Part shown: one piece after another, positions 1 to 12,700 of the stretch
How positions within the stretch are numbered: position 1 is the first letter of the stretch
How the letters are laid out: each line of letters begins with the position of its first letter
Origin: the human T2T-CHM13v2.0 reference genome, Homo sapiens
Direction: 5' to 3' (one strand)
Length of the DNA: 64,000 nt
NCBI RefSeq assembly: GCF_009914755.1
Contig: NC_060937.1
Position numbers and translations under genes: made by a program
Notes under the pieces: model-generated
What the model was told of the DNA's origin: nothing
What the model saw: only the letters and a program-made list of their open reading frames with translations
Database searches by the model: none

Positions 1-1058
1 TGAGCTATGTCCATGAAAGGTGGAGTGGCTCAGGCTGCTTAATCATACAAGCAGGGCTCTGAATGCCTGGAGATCTACCTGGGTGTGAAGCACAGAGGGC
101 CTCCTTACACCAGAATCTCTGCACAGAAAGGGCAAGGTAAGTCAGGCTATTGATCCAGATGAGTGAGTGCTACAAATTCTAGGATTTTTGCATAGGCATG
201 GAGTGGAAAAGGCCCTGCTTCACCATGATCTACATCCTTGAAGAGCCAAGCAGCTCAGGCTGCTTGGCTAGGCAAATGGGTGCTCCAAATACCTGGATTT
301 CTTCCTGGGAGTTGGGCAGAGAGGGCCCTGCTGCACAATGATCTCAGGAGAACAGGCTGGGGCACATATCAATGGCACACACAAACTGATTTCAAGTCCC
401 CAAGCTAGCCCTGGCTGCAAGTATTGCCACCTAAGAGAAATGGCTCTCCTCCCATCCCAGCTCTGTGATGAGGAAGAACACAATTCCAGTCCCTACTGCT
501 GAGGTGGTTTCCACAGTTGTAGCTGTGGAGGTCCATTGCCTGCAACAGAGCAGGTGTTCCAGTCTCTAACCCAAGACTCAAATGTCTGCACAGCCACACT
601 GCCGGGTTGTCAAAGAATGGCTGACATTGTGTGCACCCAGATTAAAAATGTCCTCCTGCTCTTAGTCCTGGGTCAAAAAAAAAAAAAATCTGCAACTTTT
701 CCCAGTGCCTTTCCTTCACAGTGTCTCCAAGACTCTCCCCAAGTTAGCTCCCACATTTGGGAGAAACAAAATGCTCTTCCTCAGCCTTGGTTGCATGGAT
801 CCCTAGTGGAAAGGTGAGTCACAGAGGGAGGCTCCCTGCGTCTCTCACCCACTGGGGCTTTACTCACTTTTATCAGGCTCATGCTGTCATGGGGGTTATT
901 TGCCAGCATTCTCCTTCCCAGGATCTGAGGTGCCCTTTCAATTCTGGTAGATTCCCGCTTTCCTTCTTGAATTAAAGCTTACAGAGTTATCTTTATGCAC
1001 TATCTTGCTATATCTAAGTGGCTGAGGCATGCTAAAGCCTCTAATTCACCGTCCTTGG
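1..1058 (-). mobile_element. Old L1 5'UTR (L1M/L1P-type), element continues off the left edge
   Basis: Relatively GC-rich UTR-like sequence with ~113-bp degenerate tandem units; ends in ctaattcaccgtccttgg, resembling the antisense L1 5' terminus ctagtcngccatcttg. Confidence 0.6.
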
Positions 1059-1099
1059 GGAAAAAAAAAGCTGAATTTTTTAGGCCCACTGACAAATCT

Positions 1100-1438
1100 G
1101 GACAAAATACCTAACTTTACCAAACTGTATTCCAGGTTTCCTCCTTCACTCAGGTCCCTCAGTGTGACTCACCATTAACCTGAAGAGGCATACAGTATCT
1201 CCTCAATACCCCCTCTTGAGACTTAGCACAAGACCTTCCTTGGTTAACTGTTCAACCCACCAACTCTGACACTTGGCTCTCCTCCCTATAAAAGAAAAGC
1301 CATTTCTGCCTGACATTTGTAAAATATACACAACTTATGGTCTGAACATTCTTTCTATAGTAATAGCCTCTTTCCGCAAACACAATACTTTTTCTGATTA
1401 AAGTCTTTCCTTGCCTAAGTCAAAATGTTTTATCTGAT
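1100..1438 (+). mobile_element. Degenerate ERV1-class LTR fragment (MER31/MER67-like)
   Basis: TATA-like ctataaaa, then ttctatagtaatagcc...attaaagtctttccttgcctaagtc...tttatctga resembling the 3' end of these LTRs. Confidence 0.4.
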
Positions 1439-1541
1439 GAAATTATGCATTTATTTCTAGTTTAACCTGAATGTTTAACTACCTCTCTTCTATTTGTCTA
1501 ATCTCTCTTTCACTTTAATGTTTTCCTTTTCTCGTGAACTC

Positions 1542-1844
1542 TTTTTTTTTTTTTTTTTTTTTTTTTTTGAGACAGAGTCTCGCTCTGTCACCCAGGCTGG
1601 AGTGCAGTGGTGCAACTTTGGCTCACTGCAAGCTCCGCCTCCTCCTGCCTCAGCCTCCCGAGTAGCCAGTGCTACAGTAAGCAGCCACCACACCTGGCTA
1701 ATTTTTGTGTTTTTAATAGAGACAGGGTTTCTACTAAGCCCCGTGCCTTTTAGCCAGGATGGTCTTGATCTCCTGACTTCGTGATCTGCCCGCCTCGGCC
1801 TCCCAAAGTGCTGGGATTAGAGGCGTGAGCCACCGCGCCTAGCC
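1542..1844 (-). mobile_element. AluY-like SINE with an internal deletion and a rearranged patch
   Basis: Poly-T then gagacagagtctcgctctgtc...caccgcgcctagcc; Y-type gcaagctccgcc and gacttcgtgatc; aactctt on both flanks. Confidence 0.95.
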
Positions 1845-2575
1845 CAAACTCTTAGATTTTAATCTCATTATTCAACACGTGCTCATTAGGAATAACGTCC
1901 TCTGATCCATCTTGCAGTTGCCTTCTAGTTGTAAAATATGTTGTCTAATTAGCCCTTTGCCTTTTCATTTTAAATGACTCTTATTTTTAAAGTTATTTTT
2001 CCTATCTGCTTGTATCATTCTTTTATTTCTTCATTTACGTTAAACATGTATTTATTATAAGAGATTCTTTGCACTTATTAATATTCCTGTTCGGTTGTAT
2101 TTTCTGACTCTTAATCTTTAATTCTTTACTGTTGTGTTTTTGACCTCTTGATTATTGAACTTTCTGTAAAATTACTCACTACCATAATTTTGTAAGGGTG
2201 GTTTCTATTATCTTCTTCCAGGAAATAAAGGGATTTAACTAGACCAGTACCAATTATATGTTACCTTTGAAACTTGGATATTTCTATGCCATGCCGATTC
2301 TATTGTCAAACTGAAAACTGGTAGCAAGCACAAGTATACTTTTAAAATACTTATTACTTTTTACAGGAAAAGAATTCATGTACCCAGAACTCTGGGCAGA
2401 GAAAATCTTTAGGCCGTTTTTCCTGGCTGAGGTTCAGATTTTCTGGTGTATTTTAAGTTGAATATTGAGAGTCCTGAACCTATATGTAGGGATTTCCAGT
2501 TCCAAAGCTAGAACCCCCCAATCCCAGGGATTTATGTCATGTACTGAGAGGATATTAAAACTAATCAATCATTAG

Positions 2576-2606
2576 TACATACATACATACATACATACAT
2601 ACACAC
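2576..2606. repeat. (TACA)n microsatellite
   Basis: tacatacatacatacatacatacatacacac. Confidence 0.9.
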
Positions 2607-2639
2607 GTCACATGTGTACCTAAATAAGGTAATAGACCC

Positions 2640-3605
2640 TTTTCTTACAGTGCAAATACAAATAATAATTGTAAAAGGATTTGTGGAATTAGAAAAACAA
2701 TTTTTTACCTTAATAGTCATAATTGATTAAGGCAAAAACTATGAATGGGTGAATGCTAAGGAGAGTTTGCAAGAATTTGATGAGGAACAGCTGAATTATA
2801 GAATCTCAAAGTACCTCTTCACAAATTATTTATAAATTGCAAGGAGAGTGTAGTCAATTTGTGAAGAAGAAGCATGGCTTTCACTAACATAAATGAACAA
2901 ACTGAATATCACCAATAATTAGGCAAAGTGACATGATATACCTTTTCTTAAGTGTGCACTCAGATATTATCATGCCTGTGATATTCTTGACAAAATTTAA
3001 CAAAAATCTAAATATAATAATAAGAAAACGTCAACCAAAGCTAAATTATGGAATAGAGTACAAAATAACCTTAGAGTACTTCTAAAAATGTAATGATCAT
3101 GAATTAACAAACACGGTTAAAGAATTATTTCAGATTAAAGAAGTCTAGAAAGACATGAAAATTAAGCACAATGCATGCATCCTGAATAGCTTCATGTTCC
3201 AGGGAGGAAAGATCTAAAAATGACACTATTGGAACGATTAGAAAAGTTTGAATTTGGACTGTGAATTGTCATCAATGTTAAATTTCTTGATTTCAATAAT
3301 TGTACTATGAAAGAGAATATGTTGCTCTTAAGAAATGCCCACTATAGGATTTAGGGATGAAGCAGCATAAAGACTGCAATTTATTCTCAAATATTTCAGA
3401 AGTAATCATATGTATATATATTATACATAGAGATATACATATATATCAATATATATATATATTTATACATATACATATGTGTACAGATAAATAGAAAATA
3501 ATGCAAATAGCCAAAACTGTTAATAACTGTGAAATATTTAGTTTCTTGCAACTTTTCTATTATTTTAAATATCAAAATTAAAATTAACAAAAACAAAAAT
3601 TAAAA
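2640..3605 (+). mobile_element. L1MC/L1MD-type 3' UTR fragment with an internal (TA)-rich tract
   Basis: Motifs tttgaatttggactgtg, atcaatgttaaatttcttgatt, ctgcaatttattctcaaa, tcttgcaacttttct and an A-rich tail. Confidence 0.65.
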
Positions 3606-4074
3606 ATGAAACCAATCACCTAGGAATATATTTATTTCTACTTCTGTCATTCTCTCTTCAACATTGCTGCTTCAATATACTATTCACTTGGGGACTTTCT
3701 CCTCAAGCTTTTAGTTTCCTCTTTGCCTTTAATTCTATTTTTTTTTTTTTTGTACAACTTGGCTAGATATACTTTTTCTTTGTAATATTTTATACAGAAT
3801 TTCTAGGATTTTAGAGGGAAAGGTGGTCCTCAGAAATACCTAAATTAGAAGTGTCTCATTGTTTTTCTACTTTTCCTTTGAGGCGTGACTCAAAAGAAAG
3901 ATTCTCTGCCTAAAGGGAAAGCCCATTAAAGTAAATTTGTCTAATAGTCACATATATTCTTAACAATTTGCTTATTGAGAGACTGTGTCGTTGGCTCACC
4001 AAGATTCAAAAGCTGGTTTTACCATGCACTATCTCTGTGACAAGGATTGAGATTCTCTAATCTCCTGTATTTTC

Positions 4075-4749
4075 TTTCTTCTTTTTTTTAAATTATACTT
4101 TAAGTTCAGGATACATGTGCAGAACGTGCAGGTTTGTTACATAGGTATACACATACCATGGTGGTTTGCTGCACCCATCAGTACCTAATACCTACATTAG
4201 GTATTTCTCCTAATGCTATCCCTCCCCCGTCCCCCACCCCTGGACAAGCCCCGATGTGTAATGTTCCCCTCCTCGTGTCCATGTGTTCTCATTGTTCAAC
4301 TTCCACTTATGAGTGAGAACATGTGGTGTCTGGTTTTCTGTTCCTGTGTTAGTTTGCTGAGAATGATGGTTTCCAGCTTCATCCATGTCCCTGCAAAGCT
4401 CATGAACTCATTCTTTTTTATGGATGCGTAGGATTCCATGGTGTATATGTGCCACATTTTCTTTATCCAGTCTATCATTGATGGGCATTTGGGTTGGTTC
4501 CAAGTCTTTGCTATTGTGAATAGTGCTGCAATAAATATATGTGTGCATGTGTCTTTACAGTAGAATGATTTATATTCTGTTGGGTGTATACCCAGTAATG
4601 GGATTGCTGGGTTAAATGGTATTTCTGGTTCTAGATCCTTGAGGAATTGCCGCACTGTCTCCCACAATGGTTGAACTAATTTACACTGCCACCAACAGTG
4701 TAAAAGTGTTCCTATTTCTGCACATCCTCTCCAGTATCTATTGTTTCCT
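4075..4749 (-). mobile_element. 5'-truncated L1PA7/8-like LINE 3' end
   Basis: ttatactttaagttcaggatacatgtgcagaacgtgcagg; ORF 4296-4667 is the ORF2 C-terminus; 14-bp TSD tctcctgtattttc (4061-4074) / tctcctgtgttttc (4749-4762). Confidence 0.95.
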
Positions 4750-5829
4750 CTCCTGTGTTTTCGTAGGTTAAATAAGAATAAAAATAATTATCTCATAAAC
4801 CAGTATAATGAAGAATCATTCAGATGACAAAGAAGGATGAGATTAGAACAGGTGAATTGTACATTCTTACAGAGAAATGTCATCCATTTTAGAGCTGAAG
4901 AGCTGCTCTACCATTACAAACATTATTTGAAACCTATTGTCTGGTTGTTAAAAATAAAACAGTATGATCAGAACTATTGAAAGCAGTAGGAGGCTACTTG
5001 CATTTATCACTTAACATTAATCCAGATGACAAATAATTATAGATCCGTGTTTCTATATCTAGCAGTTATGCAGAAAATAAGTGAATGTGGCCCTAAATAG
5101 GATAAGAGAGATGGAGATTAAAGATAAAAATAGTGTTAAGTTCTTCTGGGAAACCATGGCAGGACTGCTTACACTGGAAATTAATGATTAGAGAAAGAAA
5201 TGAGTAAAGATGGCAGTGAGAGTATAAATCTGAGAGAATAGAAGATTTGAGGTGTTTGCAATAGTAAAGCTAAATAGAAAGAGAGCCATAAGATAAAAAT
5301 ATGGAAGGTGACAACAACAACAAAACAACTTGATTTATTTTACTTTTAAATTACGTGCTTCAATTATACATGGTAAAAACACGATATCCATGTTTAGAAT
5401 TTTAAAATGAATACCAACTTTATATTTTAATTATTTTTGTATCCTCATATCCTCATTTTTGTTGTTTCTTTATATTTTGCACAATTGCAATCTGTTTAAC
5501 AAACATCATTCTCCTATTTCTTTAGATTCTTATATCTATATGTTAAAATTTTAACGTTCATAATTTAATAAGGTTATATACTGAATATATATATATACAC
5601 ACATGAACAGATATACACACATGTATTTGTATATACATACATATATGTGTGTGTACATACAAATATATACAATTTCTTGAGTCTTTTACTTTGATTTAGC
5701 TCATGATAATCTAGAGTTAGCCTTCAGGCAGATTTTTTTTCCACGAAAAATATATTATTACTATAAAGTGAGTTATTTAATTTTTTGTAAGTCTACCTGT
5801 TACCTTAAATTAAAATAGTCTTACCTGGA

Positions 5830-5960
5830 CATCTAGATTGGGATAGTTTACACTGTAATAAAACCAAAAATAATTTAATTTACTTAAAGAAACACACAGT
5901 TGTTAACTTTGATACTGAATGTCCAGCACAGATCAGCAGTGAACTCTGTACACTGCACTA
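5830..5960 (-). mobile_element. Ancient MLT1-type LTR fragment
   Basis: ggatagtttacactgtaataaaacc...ttaaagaaacacacagtt resembles the antisense end of old MLT1 LTRs. Confidence 0.35.
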
Positions 5961-6021
5961 AATTATGAGCCCAAGTCCTAAAATCTGAAGTGGTTCAGCA
6001 CAGCACAAGGAAATGAATGAT

Positions 6022-6120
6022 CTGAGCTGCACTGTCCAAAAGGGCAGCCATTAGCTACGAGTCTTTCATCAAAACTAGTTAAAATCAAATAAAATTTGAA
6101 ACTCAGTTCTTGAGTTGCAC
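6022..6120. mobile_element. MER3/MER33-like hAT-Charlie DNA transposon fragment
   Basis: gctgcactgtccaaaagggcagccattagctac...aaactcagttcttgagttgcac. Confidence 0.6.
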
Positions 6121-6210
6121 CTACCTAGTTGGCTGTATTCCTCGGTATTTTATTCTTTCTGTGGCTATTGGGAGAGGGATTCCATCTTTATTTGGCTCTC
6201 AGTTTGAGTG

Positions 6211-6840
6211 TGTGAAAGAGAAATAAATTTTGGGGTCCCCAAATCACTCAGCTAAAGGGAAAAGTCAAGTTGGAAACTGGGTCACGCAAACCTGTCTCCC
6301 CTTTTGGTTCCTAAAAGAGCCACAAGAAAAAAAGCTACATGTCTTCCCCATGTTTTGCCCACAAGGAAATCCTAGTGAGAGACACAACCTTTACCCTAAG
6401 GTGTTTCAGTTGAAATGTCACCATGGCAATGTAAATTGATTGCTTATCTTTACAGGTGCGGTTGCCCCCGGCCCATCAGACACAAATGCATGTTTGATTA
6501 TTACCTTGCCCAATTTTGTCTATGTGATCTTATATAAAAATGTAGATTCTCTGCATTTTTCCTCTAGGCCAGTTCTATGTCATCTTATGTAAAAAAAAAA
6601 AAAAAAAATGCAGATTCACTGAGCCAGACAAAGGCATGAATGACTATTTTTCCCTACCTCCCTCTTACATGAAAATTGCGTACTTCTCAATATCCCACCC
6701 TTTCCCCTTTAAATTTGGAGCCCTCAAAATCATCTTTGGAGAAAGCCATAGACCTGTCTCTGGGGTATGTATCCTTAACTTTGGCAAATAAACCTTCTAA
6801 AATGATTGAAACTTGTCTCGTCGTTTTTTCTCTATTGATA
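6211..6840 (+). mobile_element. MER4-family solo LTR (ERV1) inserted in L1 ORF2
   Basis: Starts tgtgaaagagaaataaattttggggtccccaaatcactcagctaaagggaaaagtcaag; AATAAA near 6787; ends tctattgata; L1 resumes collinearly. Confidence 0.85.
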
Positions 6841-7903
6841 GATGTTATTGTTATATAAAAATGCTACTGATTTTTGCCATTGATTTTGTATCCTGAACCT
6901 TTACTGAACTTGTTTATCAAATGTAGGAGCCTTTGGGCAGAGACTAAGGGTTTTTTTTTTTTTTTTTTTTAGATATAGGGCATATTGTCTGTGAAAAAGA
7001 TAGGTTGACATCCTATCTTCCTATTTGAATGCTGTTTAATTCTTTCTCTTGACTGATTGCTCTGGCTGGAATTCCCAGTATTATGCTGAATAGGAGTGGT
7101 GAGAGTATCATTGTCTTGCTCCAGTTCTCAAGGAAAATGCTTTCAGTTTTTGCACGTTTAATATGATGTTGGCTGTGGGTTTGTCATAGATGGCTCTTAT
7201 TATTTTGAGGTATGTTCCTTTGATGGCTAGTTTGTTGAGGGTTTTTATTATGAAGGGATATTAAATTTTATTGAAAGCTTTTTCTGTGTCTATTGAGATG
7301 ATCATATGGTTTTTAATTCTGTTTATGTGATGAATAACATTTATTGATTTGCATATGTTGAACTAACCTTGCAATCCAGGGATAAAGCTTACTTAATCAT
7401 GGTGCATTAACTTTTTAATATAGAGTTGGACTTGATTTGTGGGTATTTTTTTGAGAATTTTTGTGTCTATATGAATCAGGAATATTGGCCCTTAATGTTT
7501 TTGTTTTGTTTTGTTTTGTTTTGTTCTTGTGTGTCTGCCCCGTTTTGGTATCAGAATAATGTTGGCCTCATAAAATGAGTTAGGGAGGAGTCTCTCATGC
7601 TCAAGGTTTTGGAATAATTTCAATAGGATTGATACCAGTTTTTCTTTGTACATTTGTTAGAATTTGGCTGTGAATCCACCTGATCCAGTGTTTTTTGTTT
7701 GTTTGCTTGTTGTTGTTTTTTTTATCTTGGTTGATACCTTTTTAATTACAGATTCTGTCAGAACTCAGAACCCATTATTGGTCGGTTCAGGATTACAATA
7801 TCTTCCTGGCTCAATCTTGGAAGGTTGTATATTTCTAGGAAGTTATTAATCTCTTCCAGGTTTTCTATCTTGCATACATAAAGGTGGTCATAATAGTCTC
7901 TGA

Positions 7904-8325
<422 letters not shown>

Positions 8326-9892
8326 TTATTCTTTTGAACTTTGGATTTCATTGATCTTTTGTATGGATTTTTGCATCTCAATTTTATTCAGTTCAGCTCT
8401 GATTTTGGTTATTTCTTCTGTTAGCTTAGTGGTTGGTTTGCTCTTGTTTTTCTAGTTTATCTAGGTGTGATGCTAGGTAGATAATTAGAAATCTTTCTAA
8501 ATTCCTTATGTAAGCATTTAGCACTTTCCTCTTGACACTGCTTTGGCAGTGTCCCAGATTTTCTGTGGTGTGTTGTATCTTGGTTTCTATTAGTTTTAAA
8601 GCTTTTTTTTTTTATTCTGCCTTAATTTTATTTACCTAAATTCATTTAGGGGAAAGTTGTTTAGTTTTCATGTAATTGTATAATTCTGAGACTTATTCTT
8701 GGTGTTGACTTCTATTTTTATTGTGCTGTGGTCCAATAGTGTGATTGCTATGTGTATTAGGACATTCTTACAGTGTTATAAAGACGTATCTGAGACTGGC
8801 TAATTTATAAATAAAAAAAAAGAAGTTTAATTGACTCACAGTTCTGCATGGCTGGGGAGGCCTCAGGAAATTTACCATCATTGTGGAAGGCAAAGGGGAA
8901 GCAAGGTATGTCTTCATATGGCTGGCAGAAGTGAGGGGAGGTGCTACACACTTTCAATAAACCAGATCTTTTGAGAACTCTACCATGAGACAACACTATA
9001 GGGATGGTGCTAAACCATTAGAAATCACCCCCATGATCCAATCATCTCCCACCAAGCCCCCCCTTTAACACTTGGGATCACAATTCAACATGAGAGCTGG
9101 GAAGGGACATAGAGCCAAACCATGTTATTCCTCTCCTGGCTCCACCCAAATCTCATGTTCTTTTCACATTGCAAAATACAATTATTCCTTCTTAACAGTC
9201 CCCTAAAGTCTTAACTCATTCCAGCATTAACCCAAAAGTTCAAGTCCAAAGTCTCATCTGAGAAAAGCAAGTCCCTTCCACCTATGAGCCTGTAAAATAA
9301 AAAAAAAATAAGTGAGGTACTTCCAAGACACAGTAGGGGTACAGGCATTGGGTAAATTCTCCTGTTGCAAAAAGGAGTAATTGGCCAATACAAAGGGGCT
9401 CCAGGCCCTATGCAAATCTAAAACCCAGCAGAACAGTCATTAAATCTTAAAGCTCGAAAATATTCTTTTTTGACTCCATGTTTCACATCGAGGCCACACT
9501 GATGCAAGGGGTGAGCTTCCAGTTCTTGGGCAGCTCCACTCCTGTGGGTCTGCAGGTACAGCCCCTGCAGCTGCTTTCATGGGCTGGGATTGAGTGCCTG
9601 TGGCTTTTCCAGGTGCACAGTGAAAGCTGTCAATGGATCTACCATTCTGGGGTCTGGAGGATGTTAGCCCTCTTCTCACAGCTCTGCTAGGCAGTCCCAG
9701 TGAGGACTCTCTGTGGGGGCTCCAACCTCACATTTTCCCTCCACACTGCCCTATTAGAGTTTCTCCATGGGAGCTCTACTCCTGCAGCAGACTTCTGCCT
9801 GGATATCCAGGTGTTTTCATACATCCTCTGAAATCTAGGCAGAGGCTCCCAAGCCTTAATTCTTCCCTTCTCTATACCAGCAGGCTTAATAG

Positions 9893-10270
9893 TGACACAG
9901 GAAACAGAAAGTAATTATTTATGCAGACAGTGAGGATAAAAGAGTCCTCAGTGGAATTTCCCTTTTAACAAAAAAGCAGCCCCCAAATCATTTCTTTCCT
10001 AACAAAGAGCAGCATGAAAAATAAAGCTGAAAACATGCGTAAGAAAGCTGGAAGCTTGCATAGAGGAATGCTGGCAGCTCTGCCAGTAGAAAAAGGCTAC
10101 TGAGGGCCAGGCGTATCCAACATGGAGGCTCCATCTTCCCTTTTCTTTGTCACCACATGTACAGTAAATAAATAGGCAACATGGTGCTGGCCAGGTAGAG
10201 AATCCATCTGTCTTATAAAAGATTATAGTGGGGGCATCCACCTTTTCATGTGCTATGCAAATGGCAAACG
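9893..10270 (+). mobile_element. 5' part of an ERV1 LTR (MER50-like) nested in the MST internal region
   Basis: tgacacaggaaacagaaagtaattatttatgcagacagtgagg...aagcagcccccaaatcatttc...gctatgcaaatggca. Confidence 0.7.
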
Positions 10271-10695
10271 TCAACCTGGCCATCTCTGTCCATATCACTA
10301 TTAGCTTTTTGGTCACAACCATTCAGCAAGTCTCTAGGAATTTCCAAACCTTCCCTCATCTTCCTGTCTTCTTCTGAGCCCTCCAAACTGGTACAACCTC
10401 TGCCCATTATCCAGTTCCAAAGTTGCTCCCTCACTTTCAGGTGCCTTTATAGCAATGCCCCACTTCTGTGGTACCAATTTTCTGTATTAGTCCGTTCTCA
10501 AACTGCTATAAGACATAACTGAGACTGGTTAATTTATACAGAAAAGAGGTTTAACTGACTCACAGTTCCACATGGTGTGGGGAGACCTCAGGGAAGTTAC
10601 AATCATGGTGGAAAACAAATGTGGGGAGACCTCAGGGAAGTTAAAAACATGGTGGAAAGCAAATGGGAAGCAAGGTACATATTCACATGGCTGGC

Positions 10696-10736
10696 AGGGG
10701 AGAGAGAGAGAGAGAAAAAAAAGAAGAAGAAGAGGA

Positions 10737-10767
<31 letters not shown>

Positions 10768-10832
10768 AGAAAATAAGGAGGAGAAGGAGGAGAGGAAAGA
10801 GGAGAAAGAGGAAAGGAAAGAGAAGGAGAAGG
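10696..10832 (+). repeat. Polypurine (GA/GAA/GAG) tract inside the MSTA 5' LTR
   Basis: About 137 nt of A/G with a single T. Confidence 0.95.
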
Positions 10833-12332
10833 TGGAGCTACACACACTTAAACAACCTAAACAACCAGATCTTGTGAGAACTCTGTCACAAAGCAGTACT
10901 AGGGAGATGGAGCTACAAATAGAAACCACCCCCATGATCCAATCACCTCCCACCAGGCCCTCTCTCCAATACAATTAAACATGAGATTTGAGTGGGGACA
11001 CAGACCCAAACTGCTATCAGTACGATTTTGGTTATTTTGAATTTGTTGATAATTGCTTTATGGTATAGCATGTGGTCGATCTTAAGAGTATGTGCTGTTC
11101 GGATGAGAAGAATGTATATTCTACTGTTTTGGGGTAGAGTATTCTGTAGATATATTTTAAGTCTATTTGACCAAGTGCTGAGGTTAGGACCCAAATATCT
11201 TAGTTTTCTGCCTCTATGATCTCTCTAACACTGTGAGTAGTGAATTGAAGTCTCCCACTATTATTGAGTGGTTATCTAAGTCTCTTCTGCAGTCCCTAGA
11301 AACTTGTTTTATGAATGTGAGGGCTCAGATGTTGGGTGCATATATATTTAGAATTGATTCCTTTTATTGAATTAAACCCTTTATTATTATGTAATGCCTT
11401 TCTTTGTCCTTTTTGATTGTTGTTGGTTTAAAGTTTGTTTTGTCTGAAATAAGAATAGCAACCCCTATTTGCTTTCTGATTTTTTTATAGGTCTTTCTCC
11501 ACCCCTTTACCTTAAGTCTGTGGATGTTACTGGATGTGAGAGCTGTCTCTTGAAGACAGCATAGAGTTGAGTCTTGCTTCTTTATCCAACTAGTCATTTT
11601 GTGAATTTTAAATGGGACATTTAGCTTGTTTACATTCAAAGTCAATAATGATATGTTTGGATTTGACCCTGTCATTGTGCTCTTAGTTGGGTGTTATGTA
11701 GACCTGATTGTATCTTGTGTTCATAGTATCATTAGTCTATATACTTAGGTGTATTTTCATTGTGGCCAGTATTGGTCTTTCATTTCTATTTTTGGCACTT
11801 TCTTAAGGACTTCTTATAAGGCAAGTCTGCTGGTAACAAGTTTTTTTAGTGTTTGCTTGTCTGAAAAGGGTTTTATTTTTTCTTTGCTTATGAAGCTTAG
11901 TTTAACAGAATATGAAATTCGGGGTTGGAATTTCTTTTCTTTAAGGATGCTTTAGATAGGCCCCCAATTTCCTTTGGCTTGTAAAGCTTTTTTCTGAAGG
12001 GTCTACTGTTAGCCTAATGAACTTCCCTTTGTACATGACTTCTCTCTCCCTACCTGTCTTAAGATTTTTTTCCTTTCCATTGTCCCTGAAGAATCTCATG
12101 ATTGTGTGTATTGGGGATGATCCTCTTGTACAGTATTTCTCAGGGTCTTTTCTGAATTTCCTTATTTTCATGCCAGCCTCTCCAAGGTTTGGAAATTTTC
12201 ATGGACAATATCCCCAAATACGTTTTCCAAGTTGTTTTCTCTCTCTCCGTCTGTTTCAGGAATGCCAATGAATCACAGGTTTGATTTCTTTACATAATCT
12301 CATGTTTCTTGGAGATTAAGTTCATTTTTTAA

Positions 12333-12700
<368 letters not shown>

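Larger units (their letters stand above)
8753..11019 (-). mobile_element. Two-LTR MaLR element (MSTA-like) with partial internal region
   Basis: 3' LTR 8753-9127 and 5' LTR 10483-11019, both reading tgtattag...aaac..at(g/c)a on +; internal start gaaaattggtacc and purine tract ccaggagaggaa on -; degenerate 5-bp TSD ctatg/gtacg. Confidence 0.92.

Noticed and set aside
5585-5670. Imperfect palindrome of TA/CA/TG runs (also 3410-3485 and 43620-43690)
   Set aside because: Low-complexity purine-pyrimidine alternation is self-complementary by chance
6515-6625. Repeated tatgt..tcttat.taaaaa..tg.agattc block
   Set aside because: Most likely an intrinsic internal repeat of MER4-family LTRs
10572-10978. 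Arg/Lys/Glu-rich ORFs resembling protamine-like or charged proteins
   Set aside because: Stop-free translation of the polypurine tract inside an LTR
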